Assembly (NCBI GenBank): GCA_020438245.1
Contig: JAGQUY010000142.1
Span: 1-28,693 of the forward strand
Reading direction: 5' to 3'
DNA length: 28,693 nt
Source: Bacteroidota bacterium
Lineage (GTDB): Bacteria; CLD3; SB21
Each line of letters starts with the position of its first letter. Position 1 is the first letter of the stretch. Shown here piece by piece: positions 25,771-28,693 of this stretch. The position numbers were made by a program, and so were the translations under genes. The notes under the pieces were generated by a model, which did not search any database, had not been told where the DNA came from, and saw only the letters and a list, made by a program, of their open reading frames with translations.

Positions 25771-26538
25771 TCAGGGAATTTTGGAATCCAATTCGGTTAC
25801 GGTTGTAAAAGGGGATGTGTCCACATCGACGCGGAGGAAGGTGTAGGGAGGGTTCACACCAATCCAAAAGAGAAGCTTCGTGTTGGAGCGGACAAGACGC
25901 CGTGTCAGAATGTCCGTCTTTTTTCGTTTCTTTTCCGGAAGCAGGGAGTTGAAGACGAAGGATACCCGGTTGGCTTTGACATCCGTTCCCATGACGCGTA
26001 TCGTTTCCCTGCCTTCAACGGTAACAAGGGCTTTCCACGGCTCGGTCTCGATGTCAAGATTGAGGGACAGACGTTGTCCCACCTCCAGTTGTTGACGACG
26101 CAGCTTAAAGATCATGGAAAAGAGGTTGTGTGCGTTGGAGAGCGTTTCAATATGACGTCCTTCGAATTTGTCCCCTGAATAGTCTGCTGTTTTGGCTTGC
26201 GGTGCATAGTGTACTTCCATGTGCTGTTCTATTGTTTTTTGCCGGATATCCTTTATGTATACCAGAGGTAGACCGGACTCGTCGTCAACCGTCGTGAAAT
26301 ACGTGTTTTCCAATGCATAGAATTTCGAAAAAAAGGAGTTGGTTCGGGCGGTGGCCTTAATCGTATAGACAGTCCTTCCGTCTATTCGGCCGGTATCCTG
26401 GACGGCCAGGGTGATTGTGGCTGCCGGAATGGAGAGAACCCTGAGCGTGTAAGAGCAATTTTCACCGACCAATGAGGCTTGCGAGATCAAGTTGCCGGAA
26501 CCGGCCAGCAGGAAAACCAGGGTGATGAAAAAAATCAA
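25771..26538 (-). CDS. Exported DUF3108-like protein
   Basis: TTG start, hydrophobic signal, GENCSYTLRVLSIPAATITL...YTIKATARTNSFFSKFY...SGLP..YIK, then HNLFSMIFKLR and a beta-rich C terminus, matching my recollection of the DUF3108 pattern. Confidence 0.7.
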   Translation of the reverse strand: MIFFITLVFLLAGSGNLISQASLVGENCSYTLRVLSIPAATITLAVQDTGRIDGRTVYTIKATARTNSFFSKFYALENTYFTTVDDESGLPLVYIKDIRQKTIEQHMEVHYAPQAKTADYSGDKFEGRHIETLSNAHNLFSMIFKLRRQQLEVGQRLSLNLDIETEPWKALVTVEGRETIRVMGTDVKANRVSFVFNSLLPEKKRKKTDILTRRLVRSNTKLLFWIGVNPPYTFLRVDVDTSPFTTVTELDSKIP

Positions 26539-26553
26539 TGGGACCTAAATTTT

Positions 26554-27027
26554 CTAGCGGCGATAGGGGCCACGCCTGCCGCCGGTTTTCTTGACCAGGT
26601 ATATCTCGTCGATGGTCATGGATGGATCTACAGCTTTGCACATGTCATATAGCGTCAGTGCAGCGATTGAGACGGCTGTGAGGGCCTCCATCTCAACGCC
26701 GGTCTTCCCGGTTACGCGGCAGGTTCCCGTAATTTCAATGCTGTGAGCAGCAGGATCGGGAGAAAACGTGATCTCGACATGGTCGAGACTCAACGGGTGA
26801 CACAGCGGAATCAACTCGCTGGTCTTTTTGGCGCCCATTACACCCCCGATTTGAGCAGCAGCAAACACGTCGCCCTTTTTCATCCGGTTTTCCATCACCC
26901 GGTGGAAGGCTTCCGAGCTCATAGAAATTCTTGCATGGGCCGTTGCTATTCGATTGGTCATGCGCTTTGAACCCACGTCGACCATTCTTGCGTTGCCCTT
27001 TTTGTCTGTATGGGAAAGTCGTTTCAT
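26554..27027 (-). CDS. moaC: Cyclic pyranopterin monophosphate synthase
   Basis: LSHTDKKGNARMVDVGSK, KKGDVFAAAQIGGVMGAKKTSELIPLCHPL, TGVEMEALTAVSIAALTLYDMCKAVD, KTGG. Confidence 0.97.
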   Translation of the reverse strand: MKRLSHTDKKGNARMVDVGSKRMTNRIATAHARISMSSEAFHRVMENRMKKGDVFAAAQIGGVMGAKKTSELIPLCHPLSLDHVEITFSPDPAAHSIEITGTCRVTGKTGVEMEALTAVSIAALTLYDMCKAVDPSMTIDEIYLVKKTGGRRGPYRR

Positions 27028-27683
27028 CGGTCCATTACATCCTTGAGTTTGGCCTGAAGCTTCGTCCGGGCCCGATTAATCCGTGAGCGCACGGTGCCGA
27101 TCGGCAAACCGGTTTCCTTCGCAATTTCCTCATAAGAGAGATGCTCGATCTCCCGCAATCGAATTACCTTCTGATACCGTTCTGGAAGTTCGCGGATGGC
27201 TTTCTTCACCAACGCCTTCTTAAAGGAATGGTCCGCCATTTCGTCGGCCGTACTGCGCGTTTCCACGGCTTCGAAGTCTTTCGTACCGTTTCCCAAACTC
27301 GAGATGGAAAACTGCTGTCGTCGTTTCTTCTTCCGTAACTCGCTTCTGGCCAGATTGCCCGCAACGGTGTAAATCCAGGTTGAAAACCGGGCAATGTTTC
27401 GATACAGCTGTTTGAACCGATAAATTTTGACAAACGTATCCTGGACAATATCTTCAGCATCACTGCGCTCGCCTACAAACGTCATCACAAAGTGGGTCAG
27501 TTGATTCTTGTATCGCGCTACAATAACGTCGTAGGCAACAAGATCTCCCTCCTGAAACCGGGCGATTACTTCTTCATCAGTCAGCTTTTGATAATTACGA
27601 AGGGCCTTCTGAACAAGGTGGGGTGTTCGAACCAGATCGCGAAGGGTTTCTTTGTTCAGGTTGGATTTCGGAGACTCACCCAT
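27024..27683 (-). CDS. ECF-type RNA polymerase sigma factor (RpoE-like)
   Basis: Region 2 (AEDIVQDTFVKIY, FSTWIYTVAGNLARSELRK) and region 4 (LREIEHLSYEEIAKETGLPIGTVRSRINRAR). Confidence 0.95.
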   Translation of the reverse strand: MGESPKSNLNKETLRDLVRTPHLVQKALRNYQKLTDEEVIARFQEGDLVAYDVIVARYKNQLTHFVMTFVGERSDAEDIVQDTFVKIYRFKQLYRNIARFSTWIYTVAGNLARSELRKKKRRQQFSISSLGNGTKDFEAVETRSTADEMADHSFKKALVKKAIRELPERYQKVIRLREIEHLSYEEIAKETGLPIGTVRSRINRARTKLQAKLKDVMDR

Positions 27684-28693
27684 CAGAGGAGCCTCTCACA
27701 ATAGTATAAAGCAGCTTATGCATGATGATGGTGTCGCTGACCGAACTTGATTTCAACTGCGTGTCTGCATCAAGAAGCGCTTCAAAGGCTCTTTGAATTT
27801 CTGCAGCGGTGAATTGAGACGCCTGAGGGAGGTATTCGTTATGGAAAAGGTCGGGCCATACCTTGAATTGAGCCAGATGGCCTTGAATTTCTCCGATAGA
27901 CCTGCCTGCCTCTTTCATACTGCAGATCTGCCATAGTACAGCAAGCTGGCGATGGATCAGTACGACCATGTAAACGGGCGAGGCCCCGTAGTACATCATT
28001 TGATCAAAAAGATGCAGTGCACGCGGAAGGTCCTTGTTGAAGATCGCACTGCATAACTGAAAAATATTGTATTGGCGCGATATGCCGATAACGGCTTCTA
28101 CATCTTCCTCGGAAATGGATTCTCTCTGTCCGATATAAGAACACAACTTATCCACCTGAGAGGCCAGTTGCATAAGTTCAAGATCAATTCTCGCACCGAG
28201 CAGCAGAGCCGCTTTGGATGAGATTTTCTTGCCCTTCGCTTGGACGAAGTGCTGGATCCATTCCGGAATGTCTGTTTCCAGTGGACTGGGTAATTCAACA
28301 CAAACTGCGCATTCCTGAAACGCTTTGAAAAAGCTCTGCCGAAAATCGGCCTTGGAGCTTACCGCTATCAGACAAGTTGTGTCATGCGGATGTTTGACGT
28401 ATTGGGCCAGCGCATCCTTGCTGGCTTTGTTCAAAGCGTCCGCTTCTTTGATCACGACGACCTTTCGATCGGCGAGCATGGGAAAGCTCATGGCTGCATT
28501 CAGAATCGACTCCCCGGAAGATTCCCTGCCGTAAAATACATGCAGATTGAAGTCGTCGGAGGGTGCATTGAACGTTTTCAGGATGATTTCATCAATAAGT
28601 TGTTCAGCCAGAAACTGTTCTTGTCCGAAAAAAAGATAAACAGCGTCAATTTGGTCTTTCTTGATTCTGGATAGGACCTTGGCATGTGATTCT
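27676..28693 (-). CDS. holA: DNA polymerase III subunit delta, 5'-truncated by the window edge
   Basis: The frame stays open upstream of the ORF-track Met to the window end (ESHAKVLSRIKKDQIDAVYLFFGQEQFL...DDFNLHVFYG...), then SFPMLADRKVVVIKEAD, YNIFQLCSAI and LLDADTQLKSS. Confidence 0.93.
   Translation of the reverse strand, partial: ESHAKVLSRIKKDQIDAVYLFFGQEQFLAEQLIDEIILKTFNAPSDDFNLHVFYGRESSGESILNAAMSFPMLADRKVVVIKEADALNKASKDALAQYVKHPHDTTCLIAVSSKADFRQSFFKAFQECAVCVELPSPLETDIPEWIQHFVQAKGKKISSKAALLLGARIDLELMQLASQVDKLCSYIGQRESISEEDVEAVIGISRQYNIFQLCSAIFNKDLPRALHLFDQMMYYGASPVYMVVLIHRQLAVLWQICSMKEAGRSIGEIQGHLAQFKVWPDLFHNEYLPQASQFTAAEIQRAFEALLDADTQLKSSSVSDTIIMHKLLYTIVRGSSDG

Noticed and set aside
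1-28693. Mobile elements, CRISPR arrays, tRNA/rRNA, or a compositionally foreign island
   Set aside because: No transposase or integrase motifs, no regularly spaced repeats, no RNA gene signatures, and base composition looks uniform by eye.

Overview
A 28.7-kb gene-dense bacterial chromosomal window with no IS element, integrase, CRISPR array, rRNA or tRNA that I could recognise. The gene set (bshC, FCB-type ClpC, AURKAIP1/COX24-domain small protein, Shine-Dalgarno usage) suggests an FCB-group organism such as KSB1, Calditrichota or Ignavibacteria, which is inference only. Layout: partial carA (+); a ~16.7-kb minus-strand run of stand-alone receiver protein, radical SAM, bshC, long-chain acyl-CoA ligase, 920-aa unknown protein, four tandem DppA-like lipoprotein SBPs, sppA, HU/IHF, a 31-aa basic protein missed by the ORF track, a terminator and truA; a divergent OPT transporter (+); clpC plus a 173-aa internally duplicated protein (-); an outer-membrane-like protein and a Cys-rich unknown (+); and holA (partial), ECF sigma, moaC and a DUF3108-like gene (-). 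The most notable items are the orphan four-gene SBP array with signs of domain-level mosaicism, the 920-aa unknown protein next to fadD, and the translationally coupled radical SAM-bshC pair under a promoter overlapped by an inverted repeat. All calls are from motifs read by eye, with no database searches run.
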